Positions 21,549 to 33,805 of a stretch of DNA of 64,000 nt are shown here, in pieces (the stretch's first letter is position 1; each line of letters starts with the position of its first letter). The stretch comes from Macrostomum lignano (taxonomy: Eukaryota). The notes beneath the pieces were generated by a model that was given only the letters and a program-made list of their open reading frames with translations, had not been told where the DNA came from and ran no database searches. Made by a program: the position numbers and the translations under genes. The stretch lies in assembly GCA_002269645.1 (NCBI GenBank), contig NIVC01002635.1, positions 62,001 to 126,000 of the forward strand. Direction: 5' to 3'.

Positions 21549-24331
21549 CTACTGCCGTGTCTTCTTATCCCCTTTGTGCAGCAGCGAGGTGAGGTACAGG
21601 TTCAGCGCCAGGTCGCTGCCCGCAAGGTTCGCATCGAAGCTGCGCCTGCATTTGGGACACCTGGCCTTCAGCGTGTGTCCCGCGAACTCCGACACCAGAG
21701 ACTCCCTTTTGCAGAGCGGGCACCTGTACTTGCATGTCTGCAGACCCTTCAAGGACTTAAACAGTCTCTCAGCGACGCCCGGTCCGCGCTCTTTGAAGGC
21801 GGCTCTCTCGGCCTCGGTCAGCTGCTCCTCGGTCCAGAACACATCGATGAACTTCATCCTGAGCACGGCTGCGCTCTGCACTCTGAAGAAGCCGCCGTCG
21901 CCCCAGCCGGAGCCCCACGAGTTCATCAGCCTCAGGCTGTGTCTGTCGAAGCTCATCAGCACCACCGCGTGTCCGAGCAGCTCAGAGTCTCCCCGAGCTC
22001 CGAGTCCACCGGTGAGGTCGGCCTGAGTGAGAATGCCTTCGGGATTCTGCTTGAAGAACTGCATGAAGTTGTCCCTCTCGCTCTTAGTGAGGTGGAACCT
22101 CGCCACGACTGGCCGCTTGGCGATGACGGCGTCCAGCGCGGCTCTCTCATCGACCTCCTTGCACTGCAGCCGGTACTCCGGACACACTGTCCGCAGCACC
22201 TCGACTGTGCGGGCTCTGCACTGTCCGAACTGAGCGACGATCTCGTCTCTGAGCTGGAAGAAGTCCGGATATCCGCCGTCCCGACCCACAACCCTGAGCA
22301 TGCTCAGGTGCATGACGGTCGCCGACGCGACTGCATAGCAGGTGAGCTTCCACTGTCGCTGCGGCTCGAAGCCCTCGTTGGCCCTGTTGATGTACAGGTC
22401 GAGGTCCACGTCGGCCAGCACGTCCGACAGCGCGTCCTGCGAGCACACGCAGCTCTTGGCGATGTCGCAGACCTCATCGATGAGGTCGGGGTGATTGATT
22501 TGGAAGAACAGTCGGGTCTCATTGTTGTCGGTATCGATTTTCCAGCCTTTTCGGATGAACAGGGTTCTGGGGACCTTCTGGGTGGAGACTGTCGAGGCCA
22601 TGTCGAACATAAACTTTGCAGGTCGATCCCAGCCACTGTCGAGTGTGCTGTAGAGCCGTCGCGGGTCAGAGATGTCTGTGTCCGTGATGAAGCAGGACAC
22701 GACCGTCACCCCGAGATTGTGCAGCGCCTGTCGCATCTCAGTGTCTCGGCTGCCGCTGTTGTCCGACGGCGCTCCATCAGAAAGGATGAAGAGCAGCTTG
22801 AACTCAGTTTTGTGTTCCTCACTACAAAAAATATTTTTCGACGTCTCGAGAGCCTCCATCAGCGGGGTGCCTCCGTAGATGAATGGCTCGATGGTGTCGA
22901 TGAGCTCCGTGATTCGCTGGTCAGTCAGCTCAGAGTCTTCGTTGCAGGAGTGCAGGATTTTCTGAGCTTCATGAGGAGCAAAAACAGACGAATGAGTCAG
23001 TGCAATGAGATTTGCAGTGAGATTTTTCGTCAGTGCTCTGAGATCTTCAGCCAGTGCAGTGAGATTTGTACTCAATGGCCTCAGCTCATTCTCCGCTCTC
23101 CTTCTTTCTTCTTCTAATTTGTCGTTAAGGAAGTCTTCACATTTGCTCACAACAGCTCTTACTTCGGAGTCCGTCGCCTTTTTCGACTGTTCTTCAGCCG
23201 CGAACGCGGTCGTTGCTGCAGCCGCCCCCATCACAAGAGGGAGCAAACCCCCAGTCAGCAATCCACCGAGTACTCCAGCTCCGACCGCAGCGAATTTCGT
23301 GGCGGGACTGTGAGCGACTTCACTCGCGACGCGATAAGTTCGGCACTCTTCAGGCAGAAACTCATAAACAACTTTTCGTTTGAATTCCGAGTCGGTTTGC
23401 AGAGCGTCCAGAATGACGCAGGCAGTTCGCTTGTCTCTTATATTCCTGTCCACCATGTCCGCTGTGGCCCAACTCCGAACTCTCGGCGCTCCACTGGACT
23501 CAAGGATGGAGAGAGCTCGGTCAATGATATCTTGCTTTGAAGAAGATTCTAACCTCTTTATTCGGTCTTCATACTCCTGCTTCTTTCTTCTGGCCTCATC
23601 TTCCAGCTCCTGTTTTTTCCTGTCCAGTTCTTGCTTTCCCCTCTCCAGCTCTTGCTTTTTACGGTCCAGCTCTGGTTTTCTCCTCTCCAGCTCTTTCTGC
23701 CCAGCCTCCAGTGAGGCCAGGATGTCGAACACTGTGGGCTGTGACTCAGCTCCCACGCCGCCCAGGAACACCTGGTTGGTCGGTGACACGTCGTGCTCGA
23801 CCAGCTGGTCGGCCACCTGGAAGATGGAGCGGACCCACTTGTTCTTCGATGCGTAGCTGGCCGCGCCCGCTGCCTGCTGGCGGTCGAAGCTGCGCTGCAT
23901 GGAGCCGGACACGTCCAGCAGAGCTCCGGTGAGCACCGACCTCACGTGACGCTCCTGCAGTGTCGGTGGAAAGTTCAGCTTGACATGCAAAACCTTTTAG
24001 CTACAAAATGTGTGTTTAAAATCTGTAGAACATGAAGTAGTGCTCATTTATGTGGTTCATTGTATAATGATATGATTTCAATTCATAAATTCCATAAAGG
24101 TGCTTCTGAACCCATTAATTATTTCTTGTATTCTTGTACTTTTAATTCTATTTTAGCATCTGATACACAAATATCTTTATTATAAAATATTTGTTTTTAG
24201 TGAGTTTAAAATATAGAAATTATAAGAATGAAAACTATATTTCATTCTGTTCAAGAGAGGAAGAACAACCAGTTCATTCTGTTTAATTTTTTCTAAATTT
24301 CGGAAAGCAGAAACTTCGTGCAGCTTACCAT
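21549..24331 (-). CDS. Split-VWA / coiled-coil / C1A protease / Zn-ribbon protein, paralog 2 (~802 aa)
   Basis: ATG 24331-24329; intron 24328-23955; exon 2 23954-21549. Same motifs (QRQWKLTCYA, GHAVVLM, NSWG, CPLC...CPKC). The insert carries an extra hydrophobic Gly-rich segment. Confidence 0.85.
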
Positions 24332-24545
24332 TGAGATCCTTTCTATTTTTTGCTCAAGTTGTGGCTTAACTGTAGGAGAACTGGCAGCACTGACTGGAAT
24401 AATTTAATTTATGTATAAAATAATTATCGCAGCAAATAGAAAATGGGAATATTCAATTAGGCCCAATAGTTAAGGTAAATGGAAAATATTTCTAATTTGC
24501 TTAACAAATAGCATTCAAACGTTAATTTCCTTCCAGTGAAATTAA

Positions 24546-24848
24546 AGTTTGTTTTAATAAGTTAAAATATCCGGAAAAATTATTTAGAATTTAAAACAGT
24601 ATCATGCACAGGGTGTGCGAGATTGAGTGAGTGCTGACCGGGTGCGCCTTCACCTCTGCAGTGCAGCATTGCATCATTCGCCTTCACCTCACTAATGCAG
24701 CATTGCATCACTCGCCTTCACCTCACTAATGCAGCATTGCATCATTCGCCTTGAAAATTTCATTTGATAAAGCTTCTGTTAAGCTTTTAGCTTTTTGAGC
24801 TTTGATAAACAATTCTGTATGTAAATTCGAGTTTTTAGGTCTGGAGTC
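24546..24848. repeat. 303-bp host segment duplicated on both sides of the Gypsy (copy 1)
   Basis: Near-identical to 29321-29623 (one mismatch noticed); includes ~3 copies of the 34-bp minisatellite. Confidence 0.9.
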
Positions 24849-27800
24849 TGTTGTGTTGCGACACAGAAGTCTAATGTTTCCAGATGCTTGTAGGGATATA
24901 GAGCAGCTGTGTAGTTATAAGTGCTCTTTAACACTCGTTTATTAGTCGTGTCCATAGACATAAATCAAACACACAGAGAATGAGTCTATGAGTCTATCAT
25001 AACATAACATCTCCCTTCTTCAGAGGGATTCCTATGTGTAAGTAAAATAAATCCTCTTTCCGGAAGTTCTGTTCTACACTCACACCTTTTCATTAGTCAA
25101 TGTGCCTGAAATCGCACGACTGGCTTCACCACACGTCCACTCCGTGTTGTATAGCCATTTGTCGTCCTAGGTGACTGACATTGTTGTGCATTAGGTGCTT
25201 GTGCTGATGGTTTGCTGCCTATATTTTCCTCCACTGCTTCGTGCTTATCCGGTTGACTTTGAGAAGCTTTCAGTGGTGCGGTAGTTTCCTTTCCGAATGC
25301 GTCTTCAAGGGTTTCTCTTTGTGGAACAGCGATTTCTTCTGCTGCTCCAGTCCGTTGAGTCAAAAACGATTTGTTCCGACGTAGTAGCTTTCCTTGTTCA
25401 TCGCGAACTATATAAGAACGGTCATTCACTCTCATGTGCACTTCTGCTGGCTGCCATCGTCGTGTTGATTCTTGCATCCAAACCTTTTCTCCACAACCAA
25501 ATTCTCTCCTTTCCTTAGATCCACGGTTGTAATATTCTTCGGCCTTGTTCTGCTGGTCCTTCAGCTTCTGCAGTACTTTCCTGGACATGACCTGTCTAGG
25601 AATTAGATCTGCTTTTGGGATCGGCAAATCATAGCGCAGTTTGTGTCCAAAGACTAGCTCAGCGGGTGATGGCATTCCATGCTCGATAGGAGTGTTCTTG
25701 TAATGCAGCAGTGCCATGTGCTCGCCTTCATTGCTCTTCAGAACCTTCTTTAAAATATTCTTGATCGTTTGAACGCCTCTTTCCGCTAATCCGTTGGACT
25801 GGCTGTACTTCGGCGATGATGTAGCATGCTTGAAGCCGTACTCTTTCGCGAAACGACCAAATTCTCTTCCCGAGAATGGAGGTCCATTGTCAGATCTTAA
25901 AATCTCGCAAACTCCATAGGTCTGGAAATACTTCTTTAGTTGAGGAATCACAGAGGCAGCTGAAGTATTGTTGATCCTAGCGTATTCGATCATCCGACTG
26001 TATTATTTATCAACATATATCAGGAAATTCTTCCCGTCAATATGGAAAATATCCGTGCCACATTCCTGAAATGGGTAGTCCGGTAGACACTGAGCCACCA
26101 TCGGTTCCTTCTGTGGCTTTCTTTGGCTTTCCTGGCAGGCAATGCACGCTGAAGTCATTTCTTGAATATCACATCTAATTCCAGGCCAGTAGACGCTCTC
26201 TGACGCCTTTAAGCTTGCCTTCACAATTCCAGGGTGTCCAGTATGCAGCTTCTGTAGCACTTCCATTCTCATTGAGTTTGGAACGACTATTCGGTTCTTC
26301 ATCCAGATCAGATTGCCATGCGCAGTCAGATCATGTCTGACGTTCCAGAAACAACGAAGCTCAGTCACGAGCTGGCTTCTGTGGTGAGGCCAACCAACAC
26401 CGATGATCTCAGCGAGTTGTTGCAGTGTTGAGTCCTTTGCCGTTTCATTTTCCAGTTTCTGCATCAGTTCTGGGAATCCAACCGACATTCTAACACCGAG
26501 CACGTGACCTTCGATGTTATCTTCGAGTTGTTTAGAGGCATGTACGTTCTTTAAGAAAGCGCGGCTTAGAGTGTCTGGAATGTGCAAGTCTTTACCGGGA
26601 ACGTATATAATGTGCAGGTCGTACTTCTGAACTAGTAGCATCAGTCTCTGCAATCTTGCTGTAAGAGTTGAAATTGGCTTCCGGAAGATGTTCTCTAGCG
26701 GCTTGTGGTCGCTCTCGACCGTTACCTTGTGTCCCCAGACGTACTGGTGGAATCGCTTGCAGCCAAACACAATAGCCAAAAGTTCCTTTTCGATCTGAGC
26801 ATACTTCCGTTGGGATGGCGTCAGTGATGACGAAGCGTATTCCAGCGGGTGTCCATCTTGCAGGATAGTTGCTCCGAGACCGTGTTGACTAGCATCGACT
26901 GACAGAGTAAGTGGTGCGTTTGGGTTATAGCGAGCTAAGACTGGTGCGTCGCAAAGACTCTGCAAAATTGATTCGTACGCTTTTTCGTGTTCATTTGTCC
27001 AGTTCCACTGAGCATTCTTCGTCAGCAATGTGCGTAGCGGTGCTGCCTTAGATGACAAATCCGAAATGAATTTGGACAAAAAATTTGCACATCCTAGAAA
27101 TCGCATAAGTTGCTGCTTTCTCTCATTGCCGGATAGAGTATCTGGTCGGGGCATATCGCGCATTGCTTTCACTTTGTCTGGGTCGACTTTAATTCCGGTG
27201 TGCGAAAGTATGTTGCCGAGGAATTTCAACTCCTTCAATCCGACTTTCCGCTTTTTATAATTCAGGCGCAAATTCTTCGCACGGCACATTTCCATAAGCT
27301 GCTTCACAGCTTCATCGTGTTCTTCAACAGTCTTGCCCCAAACAATGAAGTCGTCAATAAAATTGTTGCAGTTTCTGATCTTGTCCGAGATCTCCTCCCG
27401 AACTCGCTTCTGGTAGACTTCCGATGTGGAACAAATTCCATAGGGCATTCTCAGCCAACGATATCGTCCAAAAGGTGTGTGAAAGCACGTCATCAACGAA
27501 CTTTCATAATCCAATGCAATCTGGTGAAAACTCGCAGTCGCATCAAAAGTTGAGAACAGAGCAGCGTTTCCGATTTCTGCAATAATTTCGTCATAAGACG
27601 GTATCTGATACTGCTCTCTCATTATGTTGGCATTCAGATGCTGAGGGTCTAGGCAAAGACGTATAGTCTTGTCTGCCTTCCAGACGACGACCACATTTGA
27701 AACGTACTTCGTGGGCTCATCACACTTGGTGATGAGTCCATCCGAAACCAGGCGATCTAATTCAGCCTTCAAAGGTTGCATTGCTGCAAACGGGATTCTT

Positions 27801-29322
27801 CGAGGGCGATCCGTCCAAGATTCTTTGTCATCGCGCAGGCTGATGTGATAACTCCCAGGTAAGCAACCTGTTCCTTCAAAGACATCGGGATACTCTCGAA
27901 GAAATCTTTCATCTGTCCACGTGGACTTAAACCCTTCAGGTTGAACAGAAACTCCGAAGTTGAATTTCACCAGGCCTATCTCTTCTGCAGTTTTCCATCC
28001 GATGAGTGGAATGAGCCTCTCTTTAATCACAATAAATTCATTTTCATGCTTGACTCCTTCATATTCCAGTTTCAATTGTACCTTCCCTGCGACTGTTAGG
28101 CGTGACCTTTTATAGCAAAAGAGTCTGCAAGACGTTGCTTGTATCGACGTGTTTGGTGCAATCCGCCTAAGCAGATGTTCAGGGAGTACATTTGCGTCCG
28201 CTCCTGTGTCGCATTTGCAATTCACCAGCTGACCTTCGATTTTGATACCAACAGTTGTTCTACTGTCTCTGTCGTTGCCACCCGGTCGCAGAGATGCTGA
28301 CATGACCCACGAATCTTGACGATCAGATACTGAGCTTTCATTTTTATTTCGATCCAAGGCTCTTACGGTCTTATTCCGACAAACGTTGCTGAAGTGGTTT
28401 TGCTTTCCGCAAGATTTGCACGTCTTGCCATATGCAGGGCATGAACCTTTCTTGTGTTTCTTACCACAGAATGAGCAACCCTCCGACTTTCCTACCATCG
28501 GCTTTCCATTGGACCCAAACCTTTTGTTCGGTCGTCTCTCCTTGTACTTGAAATCTGGTCTGCCTGTTGAGCGAGGCTTCACAACAGAATTGACTTCTTT
28601 CTGGATGTATTTCGAAGTCTCTCCGGAGGTGTTTCCCGTCATGATCCGCACTTGGGTCTTTGATGATTCACTTGCACGGCAGATAGATATAGCCTTATCT
28701 AGCGTCAACTCCTGCTCACGTAGAAGCCGTTCTCGCAACTCTGTGTCTCTGATTCCGAGGACAATCTGATCTCTAATTATTGATTCGTTCACCGTCAATT
28801 CGTAGGCTGGCTTCTCGAATGAGCATGTCTTGATAAGTTGTTTCAGGCCGCTAACGAATGAGTCAATGCTCTCATGCTCGTTCTGCCTGCGTTGCCGAAA
28901 TTTGTAGCGCTCGAAAGTTTCGTTCGCACTCGGCTTGCAATATTCTTCGAACAGTTTCGTCACTTTCGACAGCTCTTCGTCTCCTTCCGATTTCTCGAAA
29001 GTTGAATAAATCTCACGACCTTCTTCTCCGATGGCTGTTAGCAGTGTCGCTATTTGCACTTTAGCCGGTGATTCGTCACGCTTGGTTGCAGTCATATAGA
29101 GCTCGAACGCAGAAATCCATTTACTCCAGTTTTCCGCCTTGTGCTCATCAAAGCAGAATGGCTTTGGGGGTTTGAGCCCGCCATCCATTTGAATCCAGAT
29201 CCAGTTGAGCACAGTACTGCGTTTGACAATTCAAATCCAGAGCTCTTCACAAGTGCAACTCTGACACCATGTTGTGTTGCGACACAGAAGTCTAATGTTT
29301 CCAGATGCTTGTAGGGACATAG
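24849..29322 (-). mobile_element. Ty3/Gypsy (Mag-like) LTR retrotransposon with a truncated 5' LTR
   Basis: 3' LTR 24849-25009 (TGTTATG...CAACA on minus); PPT 25010-25020; PBS-like TGGTGTCAGA at 29269-29260. The 5' LTR retains only 53 bp (29270-29322). Absent from the paralogous site (ggagtc|ttcttg at ~14891). Confidence 0.95.
25097..29188 (-). pseudogene. gag-pol: Single gag-pol ORF interrupted by one in-frame TAA
   Basis: ATG at 29188. Two CCHC knuckles, protease CDTGAD, RT FIDD, RNase H VDASQHGLGA, integrase HHCC and D-D-E (GTDIF, SDNGPPF, SNGLAERGV). Stop at 26003-26005; the ORFs on either side are in the same frame. Confidence 0.92.
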
Positions 29323-29623
29323 TTTGTTTTAATAAGTTAAAATATCCGGAAAAATTATTTAGAATTTAAAACAGTATCATGCACAGGGTGTGCGAGATTG
29401 AGTGAGTGCTGACCGGGTGCGCCTTCACCTCTGCAGTGCAGCATTGCATCATTCGCCTTCACCTCACTAATGCAGCATTGCATCACTCGCCTTCACCTCA
29501 CTAATGCAGCATTGCATCATTCGCCTTGAAAATTTCATTTGATAAAGCTTCTGTTAAGCTTTTAGCTTTTTGAGCTTTGATAAACAATTCTGTATGTACA
29601 TTCGAGTTTTTAGGTCTGGAGTC
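29321..29623. repeat. 303-bp duplicated host segment (copy 2)
   Basis: Matches 24546-24848 and continues into the sequence homologous to 14892 onward. Confidence 0.9.
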
Positions 29624-30632
29624 TTCTTGATAGCCGATAAATTTCAGCTTATAATTTTCAAGTTTTAATACCGAAATAAATCAAAGTAAGTCTTTTTTGC
29701 AGCGCTGTGCTCGGGTGCACTGATGAGCAACCTCTGGCTCTCAGTCAAGGGTGCCCGGCACTGCACTGCAACGCGTTTCTTTCTCTCTGCGCCCTCTAAA
29801 CTGCTAACTTGTTTGTGCCCACCCAATCTTCTCTGCCCCTCTAAGTTGTTTACACACCAGACCTGCGACCGCCCGCCCCACTCCCCCATTCTGCTGTGAT
29901 TGGCTGACCGGCCCCCAGCTGTCAACACCCAGCTGCCTGTGCTCTCTTCTGCCTTCTCATTGGCTGCTGGTTTTCGTGTAATTTTGGACCTTGTTTGAGC
30001 TCGTGGGTCTTCAGACCCTGGGGCTAAAAGTCAATGAACCCAAATATAAGATGTGTGGGCAGCCGGCTGAGCATGTGCCTGTTGATTGTGGGTAATTGCG
30101 CGTGTCTGCTCGTTTGCTTCGAGGGTGACCCTGCATATTGTACGGGACAGTCATAGGGACGGACTGACCACGTCTCTCGAAGTCATAGAGACGAACGATC
30201 AGATTCCGAAGTTAGTCTAGCCAGGGCGACTGACTCCATCAAGTGCTCACTGCTCTGAATTTCTTGGGAATAACTGGCAAGCACACGATCGGTTTAACGG
30301 TCGCGTCACAACACCAGCAAACTGCGTTTTCCCAGTAGAAGATACCCGTCAGAAATTGTATTGCGCTTCCGCTGCTACTGATGGTCTTTGCAGCATCTGA
30401 AACGTCCGAAATGCATCGAGAAATACGTCAGGGACCCTGTCTCCGTTTTACCATGTTTTCATTCCACAACAAAATCCAAAAATCTAAATGATAAAAGCAG
30501 ATAGTATACTTTGTTCCTCAGAAAAATGGTAGGCCGGTAAAGTAGGAATACATTGTCGAAATCTGTACTTTTATTTTCTCATTTATTTTCTTTAAATCCA
30601 GTGAATGTTTGATTGTCTCTCGGATACTGGAA

Positions 30633-31998
30633 AGTGCTAGTCAGTGCCAGTCAGTGCCAGTCAGTGCCAGTCAGTGCCAGTCAGTGCCAGTCAGTGCCAG
30701 TCAGTGCCAGTCAGTGCCAGTCAGTGCCAGTCAGTGCCAGTCAGTGCCAGTCAGTGCCAGTCAGTGCCAGTCAGTGCCAGTCAGTGCCAGTCAGTGCCAG
30801 TCAGTGCCAGTCAGTGCCAGTCAGTGCCAGTCAGTGCCAGTCAGTGCCAGTCAGTGCCAGTCAGTGCCAGTCAGTGCCAGTCAGTGCCAGTCAGTGCCAG
30901 TCAGTGCCAGTCAGTGCCAGTCAGTGCCAGTCAGTGCCAGTCAGTGCCAGTCAGTGCCAGTCAGTGCCAGTCAGTGCCAGTCAGTGCCAGTCAGTGCCAG
31001 TCAGTGCCAGTCAGTGCCAGTCAGTGCCAGTCAGTGCCAGTCAGTGCCAGTCAGTGCCAGTCAGAGCCAGTCAGTGCCAGTCAGTGCCAGTCAGTGCCAG
31101 TCAGTGCCAGTCAGTGCCAGTCAGTGCCAGTCAGTGCCAGTCAGTGCCAGTCAGTGCCAGTCAGTGCCAGTCAGTGCCAGTCAGTGCCAGTCAGTGCCAG
31201 TCAGTGCCAGTCAGAGCCAGTCAGAGCCAGTCAGAGCCAGTCAGTGCCAGTCAGTGCCAGTCAGTGCCAGTCAGTGCCAGTCAGTGCCAGTCAGAGCCAG
31301 TCAGTGCCAGTCAGAGCCCGTTAGAGCCAGTCAGTGCCAGTCAGTGCCAGTCAGTGCCAGTCAGTGCCAGTCAGAGCCCGTTAGAGCCAGTCAGTGCCAG
31401 TCAGTGCCAGTCAGAGCCAGTCAGTGTCAGTCAGAGCCAGTTAGAGCCAGTCAGTGCCAGTTAGAGCCAGTCAGAGCCAGTCAGAGCCAGTCAGTGCCAG
31501 TTAGAGCCAGTCAGTGCCAGTTAGAGCCAGTCAGAGCCAGTTAGAGCCAGTCAGTGCCAGTTAGAGCCAGTCAGTGCCAGTCAGTGCCAGTCAGAGCCAG
31601 TTAGAGCCAGTCAGTGCCAGTTAGAGCCAGTCAGTGTCAGTCAGAGCCAGTCAGAGCCAGTTAGAGCCAGTCAGTGCCAGTTAGAGCCAGTCAGAGCCAG
31701 TTAGAGCCAGTCAGTGCCAGTTAGAGCCAGTCAGAGCCAGTTAGAGCCAGTCAGTGCCAGTTAGAGCCAGTCAGTGCCAGTTAGAGCCAGTCAGTGCCAG
31801 TCAGAGCCAGTTAGAGCCAGTCAGTGCCAGTCAGAGCCCGTTAGAGCCAGTCAGTGCCAGTCAGTGCCAGTCAGAGCCAGTCAGTGTCAGTCAGAGCCAG
31901 TCAGAGCCAGTCAGAGCCAGTCAGTGCCAGTTAGAGCCAGTCAGAGCCAGTCAGTGTCAGTCAGAGCCAGTCAGAGCCAGTCAGTGCCAGTCAGTGCT
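30633..31998. repeat. 10-bp tandem repeat, expanded paralog of 15930-16195
   Basis: Direct observation; the left half is homogeneous AGTGCCAGTC. Confidence 0.97.
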
Positions 31999-32387
31999 AA
32001 TTGATAGACTTGGGACACAACACACTGTGATTCGCACGAAAAACAGTGCAAAAATTACTACTTACAATACAAAAGCGCGATTCTTCTCGGCTTCAGGTAC
32101 TGAGAAATAAGCAAAAGAAATACACTCGTAGATATAAATTTAGTTCAGCAAGCCAAAATTGATAAGTTTACAAAAAGAGAAATCCGAAGTTATTGAAAAT
32201 TCTCCAAATCTGTCAACAAGCAGCCAGCATCTTGCTGCTATTAAAAGATCGCAGTTTATGATCGATATGCGAAACAGCGAGCAGGTGATGTGCAGTTTCC
32301 CATTTAAGACGCCCAGCCCCCAAGCGTGCGTCCTGAAGGCTCCGACGCGATAGACTGACTCAGTAAGACTGGCAACCTTACTTCCAA

Positions 32388-32543
32388 CTCTGCGGACCCT
32401 TCAGAGATGACCAGTCAGTCTCTCAGCGCCCTGTGAACGCGGATCTGTCGGCCTCAGTCAGCCGCTCCAGAACACATGGATGCAACAAATCCAGGCCGGT
32501 ACTCCGGACACTTCCTTCAGCACATTGACTGCCTGAGCTGCAG
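32388..32543 (-). pseudogene. Second copy of the collapsed VWA-protease relic
   Basis: Near-identical to 16583-16740. Confidence 0.75.
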
Positions 32544-32550
32544 ACAGCTA

Positions 32551-33805
32551 GACAGCTGATTATCGCATTGGGAACAGAAGCAGCTGGGAGACAAGGACAG
32601 CTGATTATCGCATTGGGAACAGAAGCAGCTGGGAGACAAGGACAGCTGGTTATCGCATTGGGAACAGAAGCAGCTGGGAGACAAGGACAGCTGATTATCG
32701 CATTGGGAACAGAAGCAGCTGGGAGACAAGGACAGCTGATTATCGCATTGGGAACAGAAGCAGCTGGGAGACAAGGAAAGCTGATTATCGCATTGGGAAC
32801 AGAAGCAGCTGGGAGACAAGGACAGCTGATTATCGCATTGGGAACAGAAGCAGCTGGGAGACAAGGACAGCTGATTATCGCATCGGGAACAGAAGCAGCT
32901 GGGAGACAAGGACAGCTGATTATCGCATTGGGAACAGAAGCAGCTGGGAGACAAGGACAGCTGGTTATCGCATTGGGAACAGAAGCAGCTGGGAGACAAG
33001 GACAGCTGATTATCGCATTGGGAACAGAAGCAGCTGAGAGACAAGGACAGCTGATTATCGCATTGGGAACAGAAGGAGCTGGGAGACAAGGACAGCTGAT
33101 TATCGCATTGGGAACAGAAGCAGCTGAGAGACAAGGAAAGCTGATTATCGCATTGGGAACAGAAGCAGCTGGGAGACAAGGACAGCTGATTATCGCATTG
33201 GGAACAGAAGCGGCTGGGAGACAAGGACAGCTGATTATCGCATTGGGAACAGAAGCAGCTGGGAGACAAGGACAGCTGATTATCGCATTGGGAACAGAAG
33301 CAGCTGGGAGACAAGGACAGCTGATTATCGCATTGGGAACAGAAGCAGCTGGGAGACAAGGACAGCTGATTATCGCATTGGGAACAGAAGCAGCTGGGAG
33401 ACAAGGACAGCTGATTATCGCATTGGGAACAGAAGCAGCTGGGAGACAAGGACAGCTGATTATTGCATTGGGAACAGAAGCAGCTGGGAGACAAGGAAAG
33501 CTGATTATCGCATTGGGAACAGAAGCAGCTGGGAGACAAGGACAGCTGATTATCGCATTGGGAACAGAAGCAGCTGGGAGACAAGGACAGCTGATTATCG
33601 CATTGGGAACAGAAGCAGCTGGGAGACAAGGACAGCTGATTATCGCATTGGGAAGAGAAGCAGCTGGGAGACAAGGACAGCTGATTATCGCATTGGGAAC
33701 AGAAGCAGCTGGGAGACAAGGACAGCTGATTATCGCATTGGGAACAGAAGCAGCTGGGAGACAAGGACAGCTGATTATCGCATTGGGAACCGAAGCAGCT
33801 GGGAG
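32551..33805. repeat. 45-bp minisatellite, about 28 copies
   Basis: Same unit as 16748-17238. Confidence 0.96.
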
